From NCBI RefSeq assembly GCF_009914755.1, contig NC_060932.1: 64,000 nt of DNA; one strand, 5' to 3'. The notes under the pieces are model-generated. The model saw nothing but the letters and a program-made list of their open reading frames with translations. It did no database searches and had not been told where the DNA came from. The translations under genes and the position numbers were made by a program. Below are positions 59,921 through 64,000 of the stretch, one piece after another. This DNA is from the human T2T-CHM13v2.0 reference genome, Homo sapiens. Each line of letters begins with the position of its first letter. Position 1 is the first letter of the stretch.

Positions 59921-60709
59921 TATTGTATCCATTTTATAGAGGAGGAAACAGAGGAAGAGAAGTTAATTATTTTGTGTTTAAGGTCACTCAGCTAGTAGCT
60001 AAGCTAAGATTCTAACCCAGATGGGCTTGGTTCGGAGCCCATATTTTTTATTACTACTTTATAGCTGGAAAATGATAACTCAGAAACACTACTCTTGCCC
60101 AATAAATAATTGGACCCAAAGAGTTAAGTAATATTTAATCATTATAAAAGTCGATATAGTAATAGCTACCATTTCGCACTATCATCTTCCTAAGATTCTT
60201 TAAATCTCTCATTTTTTGAATAAATATAGAAACCTGCTTTTGTTTTGTACACCTTTGGTTTTTCTCCTTTGTACTGTAAGTTCACCCATTATGCTAATGC
60301 CATTTTAGGGTAAAACTGTTAATGTGTTATATTCAGGATGAAGTTCAGTGGAAAAATGTTTAAAATAAGTAATATGAAAAAACGAAATAATTTTAAAGTA
60401 CTTATGTTTATATTAATATACTCTATTGAAGGGTGGGATATGCAGATAGTCATATTCTCTTTAAGATAAAACATGGTATAATACTCTAATCAATCTAAAA
60501 TATGATAAAAATAGAATATTAATAACACTTGAATTGGATACACATGATGATAAGACAATATAATTTTGAAAAAAAAATACTTTTAAGAGATTCTGAGGAA
60601 GGCCTAGGAAGTCCTAAAGGAGGAAAGAGGAAAAAGTATAAAATAGCAATAGAATGTAGGCATATTAAATCTTCCTTTTTAAGGATAGGCTGTGATTATA
60701 CTGCTACAG

Positions 60710-60992
60710 TAGCTATTGTTTTTTTACTTAAAGAGTGCTTACTATGTATTTACTGTGTTCATTTCAGAATTTTAATCTTTAACACTTTAATAACATTTTA
60801 ATTACTTTAGACTTTTAATTAATCTTTAACCCCATGAGGTAGGTACAATAATCATGATCTGTATTTTTAAAAATGAGGAAAGTAAGGCATAGAGAGAAGA
60901 ATGATGGTTAGTAAGTGGTAGAACTGAGACTGAAAACCTGGCAGTCAAGGTCTAGATTCTGTGTTGTGTTCTTAACTACTTTTTGTACTGCC
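60710..60992 (-). mobile_element. MIR SINE
   Basis: aacccatgaggtaggta...aaatgaggaaagtaaggcatagagag...agtaagtggtagaactgag. Confidence 0.7.
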
Positions 60993-61191
60993 TAAGTAAT
61001 GAAATGATGACTACTAGCAAGTGCAGGTACTCTATAACTGAGACATATGATCTAAATTAAATATATGTGTCACAATTTATAGGAACTAGGAAGTTTGTAG
61101 TAAAGAACTGTGTGGAAGTAATGCATGAAATTTTTGCTTGGCCAAAGCAAAAATAAAAATGTAGAAGATTTAGAAATGTTCTTTAATTACC

Positions 61192-61634
61192 TATATTAGT
61201 TTCCTAGTATTATCATAACAAAGGGTGACAAATTGGGTGGGTTACAACAAAAGAAATTTATTACCATACAGTTTTGGAGGCTGGAAGTCTGAATTCAGAC
61301 TATTGGTACGACCATGCTCCTTTTGAAACTTGTAGAGGAGAATCATTTCTTGCCTCTTCTAACTGGTGTTTGCCAAGTATCATTGGCATTCCTTATCTTG
61401 TAAATATATCACCACTTTCTGCCTTCCTTGTGACAAGTGGCCATCTACTTCCTGTATGTATGTCTTCACATGGTGGTCTCTTCTTTATATAAGGAAAACA
61501 GTCAGATTAAGGGCCCACCCTACTCATGTATGACCTTACCTTAAATTAATAATTACATCTGAAAAATCCTATTTTCAAATAAGGTCACATTCTGAGATAC
61601 TGGAGGTTAGGGCTTTAACATTATCATTTTGGGG
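61192..61634 (-). mobile_element. MLT1B/C-like MaLR solo LTR
   Basis: tattagttttcta...gattaagggcccaccctactc...aaataaggtcacattctgagatactggaggttag...ccataaca. Confidence 0.82.
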
Positions 61635-63751
61635 GAGACAGTCAAACCATAACATTGCCTCATAAAATTATAATTATAGAGAATTTATATTATGGAGCTT
61701 TATTTATATTCTAGAATTTTATATTTTTTGTCTTTGAAGGAAAGGGGAAATTTAGAAAACTTTCTAATTCTAGTCAAGTAAGATTTTCTAAGAGATGTTT
61801 AGTTAATTTTCTTCATTTAAGATATGTTGAAGGGTTAAGTTAATTTCTCATAGGGTTTTGGGAAGCTTGTGAATATTTGTAAAATATTGTGAAAACTTTT
61901 TTAAAAACGTCTCTTTTTTAATCATGATAGTCACATAATTAATTGGCATCTTGAAGTGGTATGCCTGTATACCTGAAAATAGACATTAATTACAAGTAAT
62001 AGCAGACATGCAAGAAATTAAAACAATTTTAGTTAGGAATATCAAAGTAGTTTGAAAAGGTTAAATATCGCCTGTGCTTCAGGAATTGCTTTCACATATG
62101 ACATCCTTTAACAATTCACAAACATAACCTCTCTTTTCTCTCTGTGCATATATAGAATATATATTTTTTAACTTAAAATTAAAGGCACTAATATCTATCA
62201 TATACAATATTATATGTTATATATAAAACATGTTTTATCTCTTTTATAGAATATATAAATCGTAATTTTTTCTAAATTATGATTTTAACTTCAATGCTTT
62301 TAGACTTCAATGTTAATATAAATATATACAACTTATGTGATATATAACTTATATATTAAATGTAAGCTTATGTATTATAATAAAACTATAAATATCAATA
62401 CCACTCAAATGTGTAAATAACACATAAATCATATATACTACATTCATATTATTACATATAATTTAGCTTTGATGCTTTTAAACCTATTTTAAATAACAAC
62501 TTAGTAAGGAATTGTTTTTTAATATGTACTTTTTAATAGATTATACTGTAATTATACCTCGGTCTTATATTCTTAGAACAAAATTTTATGGTTAGTATCT
62601 GAAAAATTAAACTTTATAATAGGACTTAGTGTTTGCGAAGATTTTAGGAAACAAATATTTTATATAGAAGAAATCCCTGTATTTTTAACATCACAAGAAA
62701 TGGGTAAATTACTAGATGAGAGTTTTTTTTTTTTTCCTAGATTCCAGATGGAAACATTATTTCCATAATTAGAATTAAAAATTGATCCCGATATTTTAAT
62801 TTTATTATTTTATTCTGTATTTGATTTTAAACATTCTTAAGTTCTTGGTCCCAGGAAGTAGAGATTATTGAACATAATTTATAGACAGTAAATGGCAATC
62901 ATCGTATATATTGGATTGAAAGAAAAATACAGCATACACTGCTTCAAAAGTAAATGTTTTCTTTAAAGGATATATAGTATATACGTTGCATGAAGTAAAT
63001 ACAAATGTTGGTATTTCTGTGCCTGTATGGATTTTCCTCCTCAATCTTCCTTTGCCCTACCTATGTGTTACTAGAGAACATTTCTACAAATTTTCAATCG
63101 CAAAAGAGGAAAAATACAATAAAGCCAAGGCAAGAAGGGAAGTGGACAGTTTAGAGTTGCTAATTCATTTATGGTAATGGTTTATAATAACATACAAATC
63201 ATATTGTATAATATATTCTACAAAAAAAGATAACTCTAGGTGATTATTAAACTTTTTGTAAATCATTTGCCCTAGCAATGCTTTGCTTTTTTACATTTGA
63301 ATATTTGGGGCAATAATGAGGCTAGATAGATAGATATAGATGTTTATATTTCTATATTTTTAAGGACCTTCTCTGGTGGCTAAAACAAAATTATGCAGGG
63401 AAGCATCAGCAAGCCATCAAATGAGCTGCAAAACCACCTCATTAATAATCACAGTTTAAAAATAGCATTCAAAACCATCTACATAGAGATACTAATACTT
63501 TGAATAGTGTACATTTATGTAAGTTACGGTGAGGTCTGGTAATTCCTCTGAACAACTTTGATCTTTTTTGAAAGTAATCTCCTTTTTTGTGCTTTGCTTT
63601 GAGCATTTGCTAATCTCATATTCTTTTTAAAAGAATTACATTGACAAATTGGTATTGCTATAGATACTGAGTTCAGACTTTCAGGTAACCTCAGAGATCA
63701 TATATTGTTCAAAAAGGCATATCTTCATTTAAGGAAAGCATATGACAATGT

Positions 63752-63755
63752 GCAC

Positions 63756-63786
<31 letters not shown>

Positions 63787-63814
63787 CACACACATATATT
63801 TATATTTGTGTGTG
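63752..63814. repeat. (TA)n(CA)n compound microsatellite
   Basis: Direct reading. Confidence 0.85.
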
Positions 63815-64000
63815 ACTAATGCGGTTAACTCAGTTTTGGGGGAATTGAGGAATCACAAAATTTGTTGATAGCTTTTTGCCAGTTTGCAGGGGACCCTCTT
63901 ATAGCTCTGCATCAGCTATTTTTTTCTTAGCATATTTTTGAGTTGTTTGGTAGAAGATTTGAAAGGGAAGCGATACAATATTACAGTTAAGCTCACTGGT

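Noticed and set aside
62100-62620. Very AT-rich tract considered as a NUMT or foreign insert
   Set aside because: No mitochondrial gene or tRNA similarity recognised and no junction signatures; ordinary low-complexity intron.

Overview
Primate (almost certainly human or great-ape) genomic DNA from inside the OXR1 gene (oxidation resistance 1, LysM/GRAM/TLDc family), + strand. A CpG island at ~29.6-30.5 kb holds an alternative first coding exon (30110-30308, MDYLTTFTEK...). It splices in frame to three downstream exons (51356-51438, 55347-55454, 56394-56507) encoding the LysM domain and a Ser/Pro-rich linker; the gene continues beyond the window. The left ~29 kb is probably intron of longer OXR1 isoforms. 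The rest is AT-rich intron with many Alu, L1, L2, MIR, MaLR/ERV LTR and DNA-transposon fossils, including a full-length THE1D-like provirus and several nested insertions with visible target-site duplications (TSDs). I found no evidence of a wholly new biological system. The best testable leads are a PP1-type RVxF motif in the isoform-specific N-terminus, a four-copy TCF/LEF (AGATCAAAG) array inside an L1 upstream of the promoter, an in-frame competing GTAAGT donor inside a coding exon, a sense THE1 LTR with an intact donor, and inverted Alus around a stop-free 222-nt exon pair. Repeat subfamily names come from recognition by eye and most repeat boundaries are approximate.
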